In this document: one piece after another, positions 1 to 10,149 of the stretch
Numbering within the stretch: position 1 is the stretch's first letter
Layout of the letters: every line of letters begins with the position of its first letter
Virus record (IMG/VR): IMGVR_UViG_3300046673_000114
Coordinates: 1 to 64,000 of that record
Source of the DNA: a virus
Length of the DNA: 64,000 nucleotides
Direction: 5' to 3' (one strand)
The notes under the pieces: model-generated
Told to the model about the DNA's origin: nothing
Database searches by the model: none
What the model saw: only the letters and a program-made list of their open reading frames with translations
Made by a program: the position numbers and the translations under genes

Positions 1-10
1 CGTCGACACG

Positions 11-322
11 ATGACAATTCCCGGAAGACTTCAGCTTCTTATGGGTTTTTGGTGGGATTACTACGTTTTTGGCTATTATACGGTCGAATACGTAGCTGGA
101 TTCGGGGATGACCCAAGCGCAGTCCCGCCGGAGATTAAACAAGCGATATTAGCACAGACCTCTCAAATTTATCAATCTGCGGAAGATTTCGATTATGCAA
201 TGGCACCACAAGCCGAGGTTCTATTACAGGATTGGAAACTAGACGAATTCGACTACACCGACAGCTCAGCCGTGAAGTGGAGTCCGTTCGGCACGGCCTC
301 GCTTGGCTACGGGTATCGATGA
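11..322 (+). CDS. Head-tail connector (gp6/gp15-like), probably 5'-truncated by the window edge
   Basis: VEYVAGFG..VPPEIKQAIL motif; first gene of a neck/tail block. Confidence 0.75.
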   Translation: MTIPGRLQLLMGFWWDYYVFGYYTVEYVAGFGDDPSAVPPEIKQAILAQTSQIYQSAEDFDYAMAPQAEVLLQDWKLDEFDYTDSSAVKWSPFGTASLGYGYR

Positions 323-414
323 CGAAAATAAAAGGGGAGTCGCTTAGCTTAAAAGCGCGCTTAGCGAAGAAATTCCCGAACGGGTTTCGAAAGAAGAAGA
401 AGGCTAGAAAATGA
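319..414 (+). CDS. Small Lys/Arg-rich peptide (31 aa)
   Basis: ATGA overlaps with both neighbours; MTKIKGESLSLKARLAKKFPNGFRKKKKARK. Confidence 0.45.
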   Translation: MTKIKGESLSLKARLAKKFPNGFRKKKKARK

Positions 415-854
415 CGATAACCGACATCAGGTTTGACCCGTCACCAGCGCCAACTAAACGAAACCCGCGAAACACCCTTTATCAGTTACGTAGAAAAATC
501 GTCTTTCAGCGCTATAATGGTCTAAAAACCGGCGATGAACTCCACGGTCACCCGTATAACGACTATCAAGATTATCTAGTAGGTATAGATGGCACCGGCA
601 TAGACGCGGACATTCAGACGCCCAACCCAAGCGACGTAATAATAGCCGGTCAAATGCAAGAGATTCTTACTCATTCGATTCTTGTGCGTTACGACCCTCG
701 AATAGACCCGCGAATGATTATTAAATATACAAATCAGGACACCGGCGTATCGAGGTACTGGTATATCGTAACGCTTACGAATCCCGACTTTGAGTGGCAT
801 TATTGGAGAATCGGCGCGGTAGAAATCGTAGAATTCGACGACGAGGGAATATAA
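411..854 (+). CDS. Head closure / head-tail adaptor (SPP1 gp16-like)
   Basis: LRRKIVFQR...THSILVRY...MIIKY...YIV pattern; synteny. Confidence 0.7.
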   Translation: MTITDIRFDPSPAPTKRNPRNTLYQLRRKIVFQRYNGLKTGDELHGHPYNDYQDYLVGIDGTGIDADIQTPNPSDVIIAGQMQEILTHSILVRYDPRIDPRMIIKYTNQDTGVSRYWYIVTLTNPDFEWHYWRIGAVEIVEFDDEGI

Positions 855-1330
855 TGGTAGGCGCAGGTTGTGATGTCACAGGCATATCGGCAGTCGTCGC
901 ACGATTCGGCGACCTTCAAGCGACAGGCACATCAACCGCGTTAGTAGCCGCGATAAACGCAGGTTTAGCAATCGTAGAAACGTCGGCTAAGGTGAAGGTT
1001 CATTCAAAGAGCGGTCAGCTTAAAATTAGTATTCACACGATACCGGCAACACCCGGCAATTTAGAAGGGCGTGTCGTCACCGGAAAGACATACGGGTGGT
1101 ATGTAGAGAAAGGAACGAAACCACACATCATTGTTCCGGTAAACAAGTTAGCGTTACACTTTGAATGGGAAGCGTACGGCGCGGAAGTGTTCACAAAGCA
1201 GGTTAATCATCCGGGTTCTCAGGCGTATCCGTTTCTACAACCTGCGTTAGAAGAGAACGTAGAAGACATAAAAGCTTCCGTTATGCTCGCGCTTCAAATG
1301 GAATTTATGAAGAATGGTCTTTCACTATGA
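854..1330 (+). CDS. HK97 gp10-like tail completion/neck protein
   Basis: YGWYVEKGTKPH...HPGSQAYPFLQPA motif; ATG at 854 overlaps the previous stop. Confidence 0.8.
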   Translation: MVGAGCDVTGISAVVARFGDLQATGTSTALVAAINAGLAIVETSAKVKVHSKSGQLKISIHTIPATPGNLEGRVVTGKTYGWYVEKGTKPHIIVPVNKLALHFEWEAYGAEVFTKQVNHPGSQAYPFLQPALEENVEDIKASVMLALQMEFMKNGLSL

Positions 1331-1824
1331 GCAGCTCAGGAATTCTAGTTAAACGCCACGCAGGCTATGATTTGCGCTTATTACTCGTAAACGTACTCAT
1401 GAACGACCCGACGCTCACAACGGCAACATACGAAGACGAGCACGGTAATAACATTAAAGTTAGAATTTACGACACCGTACCACCGGGCGTAAAGAAACCA
1501 TATATTGCTATCGGTAAAGCGGCGATTAACATTGATGAGCGTCAGACGAAAGACCTCTTCATTGATAAATATCTCGTCGAGATTGACATATTCACGCACT
1601 ACGGCGGGAAAAAACAGGTTTCCGAGATAATGAATGATGTTATTTTTGCGCTATCGTCGGCGTGGGCGAGTGACCCTCAACAGCTACAATTCCCCGAAGA
1701 GAGCCCCTTCTTAATCGGAACATTTGAAATCGGTGTGCGCGGCGAGGACGTTAGCGTATGGGGCGCGAAAGAAGCAGAACACGACGTCCTAACGTGCAAC
1801 GTACAGGTCGCGCAGGTACTATAA
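1327..1824 (+). CDS. Tail terminator (DUF3168-like)
   Basis: IYDTVP..KPYIAIG...IDIFT..GKKQVSEI; synteny. Confidence 0.75.
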   Translation: MSSSGILVKRHAGYDLRLLLVNVLMNDPTLTTATYEDEHGNNIKVRIYDTVPPGVKKPYIAIGKAAINIDERQTKDLFIDKYLVEIDIFTHYGGKKQVSEIMNDVIFALSSAWASDPQQLQFPEESPFLIGTFEIGVRGEDVSVWGAKEAEHDVLTCNVQVAQVL

Positions 1825-1838
1825 AATTAATCGAGGTT

Positions 1839-2303
1839 ATGATGGAAGAAAAGAAGAACGAAATTAAAGAACAGGTCGTGCTTGCGGCCGCAGAAAAGGC
1901 AACGGTCGAGGCAATACCAGTAGAGTCTAAAAACGTGTCTTCCACAGTGCGCGACTTAGCGAAGACTCTACGTGATAGATTAACAGGTGTTAATATCATC
2001 GTTAACCCGTCGGAGAAAAAGTATCCCTACGTAGAAATCGGAGACGACTTCGGCGAGTGTGAGTTATCATTTGAAAAAGTAGCAAATACGCAGGTAAGGC
2101 TGCATTGCTACGTAGAAAAAGGATATGATAGCGAACGCCGCGCAAGAGCGTTCTCTCAGCGCGTGCTTAAAGTAGTGGCTGATGAGTATCGTCTCGGCGC
2201 TACGCGCGTTAAAACAACTTTTTCACAACATACTGAACATAGCGAAGGTGGCGCGCGATACGTGACGTTATGCCTCACCGTCATGCGAGCCCCGAACGCT
2301 TAG
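1839..2303 (+). CDS. Second DUF3168-like tail completion paralog
   Basis: YPYVEIGDD...VRLHCY...ARAFSQRV; GAGGT RBS before ATG 1839/1842. Confidence 0.5.
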   Translation: MMEEKKNEIKEQVVLAAAEKATVEAIPVESKNVSSTVRDLAKTLRDRLTGVNIIVNPSEKKYPYVEIGDDFGECELSFEKVANTQVRLHCYVEKGYDSERRARAFSQRVLKVVADEYRLGATRVKTTFSQHTEHSEGGARYVTLCLTVMRAPNA

Positions 2304-2333
2304 AATTTAAAATAAATTATAGGAGATTAGAAG

Positions 2334-2840
2334 ATGACTATTAGTAAAAGCACTGCGTCCGGTTTTCTAAATGGGCGTTTTACTCGATTCTTCGTCGATA
2401 CGAGCGGTTCAAATACCGGCGTGCCGTCGTGGACAATAGTCGGCGGTGAGTTGACCGGCAAGTGGACAATCGACCCACAGCTCGAGGATTATACAACCAA
2501 AGACGCAGACGCAATCGTTTACTACCCAACCCGATATAAGTGGAACGGCAGTTTTGATACAAATTATCTAGACGACGACACTGGTCAAGAGATGTGCCGA
2601 GACGTTATTCTCTCGGTAGGGCAGTCCGCACCAATCGGTAAAGCACCCGGCCCAGTTGTAAGAGTTGGTTGGAGAATTCAAGAGGATATACAGGGCGTTA
2701 CGCCTTCGACGCAAGCACATATGGTCGGACTCGTAGCGCTGAAAGTCGATTACCAGATGGACGACGCTAAGATGGGTAAAATGACGATTACCTTCACCGG
2801 CAGCGGCGCAATCGACCTCGCGACAGACCCGGGTACATAA
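2334..2840 (+). CDS. Major tail tube protein
   Basis: Size; WNGSFD and C-terminal TITFTGSG strand; position before the chaperone and tape measure. Confidence 0.75.
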   Translation: MTISKSTASGFLNGRFTRFFVDTSGSNTGVPSWTIVGGELTGKWTIDPQLEDYTTKDADAIVYYPTRYKWNGSFDTNYLDDDTGQEMCRDVILSVGQSAPIGKAPGPVVRVGWRIQEDIQGVTPSTQAHMVGLVALKVDYQMDDAKMGKMTITFTGSGAIDLATDPGT

Positions 2841-2857
2841 TCTGGTGGTGAAGAAGC

Positions 2858-3256
2858 GTGACTGTAACATATACAAACAACTCAGTTCAAGCGATTAACA
2901 CGACGTGGAACTCAGACGCGACGCTCGTGGGGCTTACACCAACACTAACAAACGCGTGCCACACCGGCGGCAGCGCGGGTGATAGCTTCACTAACACAGG
3001 TCGCGAGTTTATCTATATCACGAATGGCGCGTCTTCAGAAGCGCTTACCGTGACGGTAAACGACCAATCGGCCTGCGACCACGGATTCGACCACAATGTT
3101 ATCGCAAACATCGCACCGAACACGGGGCGGATGCTCGGCCCATTCCCGGTTAACTGGTTTACGGCTACAGCGTTAGTCACGTATACCGGCGATGTAACGG
3201 GAACCCCTGAAATAAGCGTAATACAACTACCGCAAACCTCACCATTCCCCGAGTGA
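2858..3256 (+). CDS. Putative virion decoration protein
   Basis: GDSFTNTGREFIYITNG beta-rich pattern; located in the tail operon. Confidence 0.5.
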   Translation: MTVTYTNNSVQAINTTWNSDATLVGLTPTLTNACHTGGSAGDSFTNTGREFIYITNGASSEALTVTVNDQSACDHGFDHNVIANIAPNTGRMLGPFPVNWFTATALVTYTGDVTGTPEISVIQLPQTSPFPE

Positions 3257-3346
3257 GCTAAAACGAAGCGCGCACGAGTGACAGAAAGTGTCTCGATGAG
3301 TGCGCGTGAGTCTTTCTTGTTACCCAATAGGAGGTACAAAAAGAAA

Positions 3347-3799
3347 ATGAAGTTAAAGAATCCGCAACGCGGCTTTATCGAATTAGACATAGATAAAGAT
3401 AGAGAGTTTCTAGACTTACCAGAAGACGAACCGATATATCTAAAATACACTTATAATGCAATCTCATTAGCTGACCGTCAGTTAAAGAAAGCAAGCGGCG
3501 CTAGTATGATGCTACTCTTAACTAATCCGAGGTCGATAACGACCGACGACTTACGAATCCTACTCGCTGAAGGGTTACGGCATCAATTTCCGGGTATCTC
3601 TATCGACGTATGTGGCGATATTCTCGAGCACGAGAAATTCTTTAAGATACTCCCGAAGATTATCGAGGCCGCTAGTATCATTATGGAAGAGTGGTTCGAT
3701 GGCGACGCAGCAGCGGATATTAAAAATATGCGCGTGCGTGCAGTTGCCGTAAGTGGTAAGGAAGACCCCGCTGAAGCGGTGGGGGAACCAAAAAACTAG
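3347..3799 (+). CDS. Tail assembly chaperone (G-like)
   Basis: GGAGGT RBS; LKYTYNAI motif; ends in slippery A AAA AAC just before TAG. Confidence 0.75.
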   Translation: MKLKNPQRGFIELDIDKDREFLDLPEDEPIYLKYTYNAISLADRQLKKASGASMMLLLTNPRSITTDDLRILLAEGLRHQFPGISIDVCGDILEHEKFFKILPKIIEAASIIMEEWFDGDAAADIKNMRVRAVAVSGKEDPAEAVGEPKN

Positions 3800-4326
3800 A
3801 ATACGACTTTAAAGCGCTACTAAAGATAGCTACGGGGCCGCTAAACCTAACTCCCGAGCAGTTTTGGGAGTTATGCCCGTTTGAGTTTCAGCTACTCTAT
3901 GATGGCTACGAGTTTCGAAGAAGAGAAACCGAATATCGTACCGCGTGGGCGTTAGCGAACGTACTCAATGCGTGGAAAGGTAAAGACGATAAGGCGATAA
4001 AAGTCTCTACGTTGCTACCGTGGGCGAAAGAAGACGAATTAGAGCGCGAAGAAAACTTAGACCGTGAGGAAATAAAGCGTCGTAAGAAATCGCTTAAATC
4101 ACGTAAATCTAGTAAACCTCGAGATTTACCTAAACAAAAAAGCATCGACGAATTAGTTGATACATATCTCATAACGGCCGGTAAGAAAAAGGAAGACCTA
4201 ACACCGGAAGAACTCGCAGAAATTCGCGTGAATGCGATAAATCAATCAGTCGCGAATGAAGTAGACGCGCCGGGTCTTAGACTCTTTAGAAAAGCGCCGA
4301 AGGAATGGTGTAACTTTCCCGATTAG
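3796..4326 (+). CDS. Tail assembly chaperone extension (GT-like) in the -1 frame
   Basis: -1 frame open from 3796: LEYDF...LNLTPEQFWELCPFEF; no good start codon of its own. Confidence 0.75.
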   Translation, partial: LEYDFKALLKIATGPLNLTPEQFWELCPFEFQLLYDGYEFRRRETEYRTAWALANVLNAWKGKDDKAIKVSTLLPWAKEDELEREENLDREEIKRRKKSLKSRKSSKPRDLPKQKSIDELVDTYLITAGKKKEDLTPEELAEIRVNAINQSVANEVDAPGLRLFRKAPKEWCNFPD

Positions 4327-4333
4327 GTGAAAC

Positions 4334-4654
4334 GTGGTAAAGAAAGCTAAAGCGGTAAAACACGCCAAAGCACACGCTAAAGCACACGCAACCGCGAGTA
4401 AAACCGCTAAAGCACATCATAAGACTACGGAAGCGGCACACCACAAAACCACAACGAAAACACACCATAAGACGACCGTAGAAGCACACCCACAAACAAA
4501 GACAAAAGCGAGCCATCTATCAAAAAAATCGGGAGACACATCGACGAAACCGACGCTTCACGTTAAAATAAAGGTACAGAAACAGAAGAAACGCGCACCG
4601 ACGAGCTTCGTCGCGAAAACAACGGCGCAAGCACGGCACATAGCTAAGTTTTAA
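4334..4654 (+). CDS. Very basic Lys/His/Ala/Thr-rich low-complexity protein (H1-like composition)
   Basis: AGGTGA RBS; KAHAKAHA and HHKTT repeats. Confidence 0.6.
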   Translation: MVKKAKAVKHAKAHAKAHATASKTAKAHHKTTEAAHHKTTTKTHHKTTVEAHPQTKTKASHLSKKSGDTSTKPTLHVKIKVQKQKKRAPTSFVAKTTAQARHIAKF

Positions 4655-4666
4655 AGAAAGGTAAAC

Positions 4667-7600
4667 ATGGCAAGTCTCGGCGAATTGATGGTCATTATCA
4701 CCGGCAACGCTGATGGTTTAAAGGCCGCGTTAGCCGAAGGTAGCGAGTCGACAGAAGCGTTCGGCGGCGAAATGGACGCGGCTGGCGCTAGTGCAACTGG
4801 TTTCGCTGCGGGTACTGGTGAAGCAGAAGCGTCGGCAACTGGTATGGCTGCCGGTATGGATGATGCGACCGCGAGTGCAGGAGAGCTAGAAGGTGGTTTA
4901 GGCGACGCTGCGGTAGCTGGTGGCGCTGCTGCTGGCGGATTAAAAGACACAGAAGCGGCAGCTACCGACGCGAAAGCGGGAATGAGCGACGCAGCTACCG
5001 AAGCTGGTGGCCTAGGTAGTGCGCTTACAAGCGCGGGTACGTTAGGTGCAGCAGGTATAGGTATCGCCACCGTTGCCGTTGCGGCGTTCGCTATTAAGTC
5101 CGGTGAAACCGTTGATAATGCTTATTCTCAGATGGGAAAAGCAACTGGCTTACAGGGTACTCAACTTCAATCACTTGAGACGCAGTGGGGTAACGTTTAT
5201 GCGAACGTTCCTGCAAGCGCGAGCACCGTAGCGACGGTTATTGATAAAGTAAATAACTCGCTTGGATTACAGGGTGACGCGTTAGGAAAAGCAACGCAAG
5301 ATATTATTGATTATAGTATTGCGACCGGAACCGACGCCACTAGCGATACCGACTCTTTTACGACCGGCTTAACAGAAGCGAATCGTGGGCTCCAAGCGAT
5401 GCACGAGCCCCTTATGACGACCGCGCAGTTATCTGATATGTCTACCGTAGCGTTTCAGAAGACCGGAAAGGGAATCCAAGATTGGGGGCCGGCGTTCGAT
5501 AAAGCTACCGCGTCGATGACTGCGATGGGAATGTCTATTCCTCAGCAAGTCGCGGCTCTTTCTGCGTTCTCACAAGCTGGAATACCCGCTAGACAGTTAA
5601 CTTCTTTATTACAGGGAATCGGCCCCGCCGCCGATAAAGCGGGAGAGAGTCAACAGGCGTTTTGGCAACACTTACTCGAAGATGGAAAGACGGGTGTTTA
5701 TACTCAAGATGAGCTTAAGCTTCTCGGCAAGAACCAAGATAACTTCACCGCAGCGGTTAAGTCGGGGACTATCACTAATCAGGCGTATATAAGCTCTCTT
5801 CAGAATAGCGGTGGTGCGACTGAAAAAGCCGCCGAATCAAACGAGACGTTTGGCGAAGCGTTAACCGAGCTTGAAAATAAGTTAACATTAGCGTTTGCCC
5901 CGCTTGGGACTACTATACTTACCATATTAAAGAACTTCATCGTCGCGTTAACGCCGGTAATTAGTTTTATTGGTCTTTTAGCGAAAGGCTTCGCGGCTCT
6001 ACCTATGCCAATACAAGCGGGTATGCTCGCTATAGGGCTTATAGCCGGTGGTGTCGCTGCTGCCGGACTCGCGCTTAAAATGTTTAATATTAATATTGGA
6101 GATATTATTACGAGCATCACGAAGCTAAAAGGTGCAGGTCTTAGCGATATAACTAATCAACTTAAAGAATTTGTTGGTTTAGGTGGTAGTGGTGCGGCTA
6201 AAGGCGTAGAGGCCGAAGCAGAGAGCGCCGTTGGCAGTGCAAGCTCGAAAAGACCGTGTCCGATAGACCCCGCGTGTTTTGATAAGTGTACTCAGAACGC
6301 GAAAGGCACGACGAGCGAACTAGAGAATATGCAGAATAAGGGGCAGGGCTTCGATAATCTTCTTCAAGACGCTACAGGAAAAACGTCGAATCTCGGTGAT
6401 GTTATAGGTGACGCGTCTGGAGAAACGGGAGAGCTTGCCGCCGGTGCAGGTGACGTTGGCGAAGGATTAGCCGCCGCCGGTGAAGGTGGGGGGATTCTAA
6501 GCGGTATAATGGGTGCTCTTCCGGGGCCGCTCGCGGGAATTCTCGGTAGCGTAGGCGGAATAGGTGAAGGACTACTTGGTGGTGCCGGTGCGGCAGGGGG
6601 ACTAACGGGTGGCTTAGGTGCTGCTGTAGCAGCGTCAGGGCCGTTAATACCAATAACCGGCGCTGTAGCTCTTGGTTTAGGTACAATGGCCGCTACGTCT
6701 GGAACGTTTAGAGGTATGCTCGGCGGTGCGGCTACTGCTGCTGGCGGCGTTATGACTCAAGTGCAGGGCATAGCTGGCGCGCTGATGAGCGGTAACTTCT
6801 CACAAGCAGGTCAATTACTTCAACAGGGATTTCAAGGCGCGATAGACTCACTTAAGAACTTCGATTTCGGTGAGTGGGCCGCGCAGATGATTCAGTCGAT
6901 TAAAGAATCCGTTGGTAATATCGGCGGAATGATTCTTAACGGGCTTTCTAGCTTATCTAACATAGCCGATACGATAATGAACTGGCTAAACGGCATTGAT
7001 TGGAACAGCGTCGTAGATGGTCTTGTAAAAGCAATCACCGGCTTATTCGGCGGTGGTGGCGGTGGCGGTGGCAAGTCTGCTACGACTTCAGTAAGTACCG
7101 GAATGAATAAATCACTCGTAGACGGCGCGACACAAGCAGCGCCTACGGTTTTAATGAAACTCGTGGGGGCGTTGGGGGGTCTCGCTGTTGCGTTATTATC
7201 GATATTCCCGAAGATAGCGATGGCACTTGGTCAGGCGATTCTTAATTATTTAGTAACGCTCGATTGGGGAAGCATCGCGAATCAGCTATGGAGTGCGATA
7301 CAGGGGGCTTTAGGAACGTTAGGCACGTGGGTGTGGGGTTTGCTCGTGCAGGTTCCGGGTCTTCTATGGCAGGGATTCACTTCAGCTCTAGGAACGTTAG
7401 GCACGTGGTTATGGGGACTGCTTACACCGATTCCGGGCGAATTATGGAACGCTTTCGTTAGCGCTATTGGAACGTTTGGAACATGGTTATGGGGTCTACT
7501 TTCACCGATTCCGGGTGAGTTATGGAATTCGGTAACGACACAGAACTGGGGACAGATAGGGCAAAACATTCTAACAGGCGTTGTAAGTATCGGTGGTAGC

Positions 7601-8143
7601 GTTTTAAGCGCCATTACGGGTCAAGATTGGGGGCAGATAGGGCAGAATATCCTAAACGGCATCACGAGTTTAGGTGGACAGATGGGAAGCGCAATATCTG
7701 GTGCCGTAACGAGCGCGCTTTCGGGCGCGAATATCACGTTTACTATCCCGATTATTAATAAAACAGTCTCGTTTAACTTAGCCGAGGGTGCGTATATCGC
7801 AGCCCGTTCGGGCGGCGTTTTAGCGGTTATCGGTGAAGGTGGCGAAGATGAATACGTTATTCCCGCTTCGAAGATGGGCGACCCGACGGCTATATCGGGT
7901 CTACCGAGATTAGCAGGCGGAGCGCTAGTCACTGGGAGCGTTGGTAACACGAACGTTTCAAACGTTATGAGATTAAGCGCGGCTACACCGAGCACGAGCG
8001 CACAACAGAGCGGTGGCGATATGCACATTCATTTCGATGGCCCAATTCATACGGTATCTGTGCAAGAAGCGCGACAGTATGCGAAAATTGTCGGCAATGA
8101 ATTCGATAGCTATCGACGTCGGAAAGGGCAGATGAGAGGTTAA
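4667..8143 (+). CDS. Tape measure protein
   Basis: 1158 aa, Ala/Gly-rich; periodic Trp repeats (GTLGTWLWGLL, QNWGQIGQNIL); C-terminal AVIGEGGEDEYVIP. Confidence 0.92.
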   Translation: MASLGELMVIITGNADGLKAALAEGSESTEAFGGEMDAAGASATGFAAGTGEAEASATGMAAGMDDATASAGELEGGLGDAAVAGGAAAGGLKDTEAAATDAKAGMSDAATEAGGLGSALTSAGTLGAAGIGIATVAVAAFAIKSGETVDNAYSQMGKATGLQGTQLQSLETQWGNVYANVPASASTVATVIDKVNNSLGLQGDALGKATQDIIDYSIATGTDATSDTDSFTTGLTEANRGLQAMHEPLMTTAQLSDMSTVAFQKTGKGIQDWGPAFDKATASMTAMGMSIPQQVAALSAFSQAGIPARQLTSLLQGIGPAADKAGESQQAFWQHLLEDGKTGVYTQDELKLLGKNQDNFTAAVKSGTITNQAYISSLQNSGGATEKAAESNETFGEALTELENKLTLAFAPLGTTILTILKNFIVALTPVISFIGLLAKGFAALPMPIQAGMLAIGLIAGGVAAAGLALKMFNINIGDIITSITKLKGAGLSDITNQLKEFVGLGGSGAAKGVEAEAESAVGSASSKRPCPIDPACFDKCTQNAKGTTSELENMQNKGQGFDNLLQDATGKTSNLGDVIGDASGETGELAAGAGDVGEGLAAAGEGGGILSGIMGALPGPLAGILGSVGGIGEGLLGGAGAAGGLTGGLGAAVAASGPLIPITGAVALGLGTMAATSGTFRGMLGGAATAAGGVMTQVQGIAGALMSGNFSQAGQLLQQGFQGAIDSLKNFDFGEWAAQMIQSIKESVGNIGGMILNGLSSLSNIADTIMNWLNGIDWNSVVDGLVKAITGLFGGGGGGGGKSATTSVSTGMNKSLVDGATQAAPTVLMKLVGALGGLAVALLSIFPKIAMALGQAILNYLVTLDWGSIANQLWSAIQGALGTLGTWVWGLLVQVPGLLWQGFTSALGTLGTWLWGLLTPIPGELWNAFVSAIGTFGTWLWGLLSPIPGELWNSVTTQNWGQIGQNILTGVVSIGGSVLSAITGQDWGQIGQNILNGITSLGGQMGSAISGAVTSALSGANITFTIPIINKTVSFNLAEGAYIAARSGGVLAVIGEGGEDEYVIPASKMGDPTAISGLPRLAGGALVTGSVGNTNVSNVMRLSAATPSTSAQQSGGDMHIHFDGPIHTVSVQEARQYAKIVGNEFDSYRRRKGQMRG

Positions 8144-8144
8144 G

Positions 8145-9581
8145 ATGGGAAGCTCGCAGAAACTAACTTTCGCCGGTCAAGACATCACGCAAGCACCGTA
8201 TAATGCAGTTATGACGATGCAAGCGAAGTATTGGTGGTTAGACGGCTTCACGTCGACACAGTATCCGACAAGCGCCACTTCTTTAGTGAATTCTAAGACC
8301 TATCTAAAGGATTGGGTTATCACGATTTATCTAAGAATCATCTCTCCTGATATGACTCGCGCGACGATGCAATCAAGTTATAATGCGCTTGCACAGCTTT
8401 TTAATCCGCTAAATGGTGACCAGCAGCTTATCTTCGATGAGTTTCCTCTATCGTATTTCATAGCGAAAGGTCAGAAGTTCGCTATAACGAAAGAGGATTC
8501 TGCGAAGCATATCATAGAACTCGAAGTCGATTTTGCCTGCACCGGCCCACCGCGTAGCTTAAGCGAAACGGTCGTGTCGAAAAACATAGCAACCTCACCA
8601 CAGAGTCTACCGATTTTTTCATTAGGCGACGTGCAAAGTTCTCCACGGTATCGCTTCACGGCCGCGCAGGCATACACCGGAAACGTTACAATTAGTAATT
8701 CCGTCACGAATGAGCAAGTCATATGGAATGGTGCGCTTGCAGCAAACGACGTCCTAGATTTTATTATGGACGTTGACTACGGAACGCCTTATACAGTTTT
8801 ACATAACGGCAATCTTTCTATTTCAACAATACAGGGGCCAGCGTGGCCTCATATACCACCTAACGATTCTAGAGTTTCATTAATGGGGCCACATAGCGGC
8901 ACGTTTGAAATTCGGTGGCGCGATAGGTGGCTAGTTGGACAACAGTCGTTAGGCTTACCGACGAATATCTTATTAAGCGCTAATTACGGCACGCCGTCTC
9001 TAGGACAAAACGTTACGTTTAACGTTCAGTTAAATAACACAATGGGGCCAATGTCGAAACCTATCATCGTTTATCATTATACCAATGGTCTTCGCGTTGA
9101 TGATTTCACTGCGACGACCGACGTAAACGGTCAGTATAGCCAGCCTCTTGAGATGGGCTTACCCGAAGACGCCGTTTATTATGCAGGATATAGCGGCGAC
9201 GATAAATATTCTCCAAGCATTAGTAGCGCGGTAACGGTAATTACTCGAGCGAATTCGAGACTTACGTTCACTGTATCGCAGACTAACGTTCACGTAAACA
9301 CAAATACGGTATTCTCCGGTCAGCTACAGTGGTGGAATCCGCTTAATAACGAATGGGAAACCGTACCTGTGCCGAACGAACCAATTCAATTATATTATTA
9401 TCCTAAAAGCGGTGGCGCAACCGTTGGCCCAACTACCTTCTTCACAGACGTTAGTGGTAATTTTACGTTTAACGGAAATTGGAGTAAGATTATAGATAAC
9501 GTCTATTACGTGTACTTCCCGGGCGACGGCGTATATGGCGCGGCACAAAGTCAGAACATAGAAGTTAGTACTTATGCGTAG
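8145..9581 (+). CDS. Distal tail (Dit-like) protein with C-terminal Ig-like domains
   Basis: Follows the tape measure; QLIFDEFP..YFIAK and VDFAC motifs; two C-terminal TTDxxG / YxGD Ig-like repeats. Confidence 0.75.
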   Translation: MGSSQKLTFAGQDITQAPYNAVMTMQAKYWWLDGFTSTQYPTSATSLVNSKTYLKDWVITIYLRIISPDMTRATMQSSYNALAQLFNPLNGDQQLIFDEFPLSYFIAKGQKFAITKEDSAKHIIELEVDFACTGPPRSLSETVVSKNIATSPQSLPIFSLGDVQSSPRYRFTAAQAYTGNVTISNSVTNEQVIWNGALAANDVLDFIMDVDYGTPYTVLHNGNLSISTIQGPAWPHIPPNDSRVSLMGPHSGTFEIRWRDRWLVGQQSLGLPTNILLSANYGTPSLGQNVTFNVQLNNTMGPMSKPIIVYHYTNGLRVDDFTATTDVNGQYSQPLEMGLPEDAVYYAGYSGDDKYSPSISSAVTVITRANSRLTFTVSQTNVHVNTNTVFSGQLQWWNPLNNEWETVPVPNEPIQLYYYPKSGGATVGPTTFFTDVSGNFTFNGNWSKIIDNVYYVYFPGDGVYGAAQSQNIEVSTYA

Positions 9582-9765
9582 TAACGAAAGCAAAGACGAG
9601 CCGGTTATTAAGCTCGTCGAAAAAAATAGAATGTTAGTAATTCCCGAAGCGTTTTACGCGGGGGGATTGTATCGAACACCCTTCGATTTAGGGGTGAAAG
9701 AGTGGGAGCGCGTGCATTATCTGTACGCCTCAGATATTGAAATACTTCAAGAAAAAGGAGAGTAA
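9574..9765 (+). CDS. Hypothetical protein
   Basis: Overlapping ORF within the operon. Confidence 0.45.
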   Translation: MRSNESKDEPVIKLVEKNRMLVIPEAFYAGGLYRTPFDLGVKEWERVHYLYASDIEILQEKGE

Positions 9766-9770
9766 GTTAA

Positions 9771-10148
9771 ATGAGTTTAACTCAAACAGGATGGGCGTGC
9801 ATCGCATCATCTCTTGTTAACGACGCCTCATATAACCCGTTTAATAATGCAAACGCGTTTCTAGGTGTTGGCGACTCGAGCAATGCGTTCGTAAACACGC
9901 AAACGGATTTGCAGGGTTCGAATAAAACGCGGCAGGGAATGAACGCGAACTATCCCTCGAGAGCGAGTAACGTAATAACGTTCCAAGCGACATTCGGAAC
10001 AAGTCAGGCAAACTATCAGTGGAACGAAGACGGTATTTTTAACGCTTCGTCTGGTGGACAGATGCTCACGAGAGCCGTGGAAACGCTCATCACGAAAACG
10101 AGCGCAGTCTCGGTGGTTTTCACTAAAACTTTAACGATACAATCTTAA
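9771..10148 (+). CDS. Conserved virion tail-fibre attachment-type protein
   Basis: FNNANAFLGVGDS...QTDLQG...ATFG..ANYQWNE.GIFN pattern. Confidence 0.6.
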   Translation: MSLTQTGWACIASSLVNDASYNPFNNANAFLGVGDSSNAFVNTQTDLQGSNKTRQGMNANYPSRASNVITFQATFGTSQANYQWNEDGIFNASSGGQMLTRAVETLITKTSAVSVVFTKTLTIQS

Positions 10149-10149
10149 A

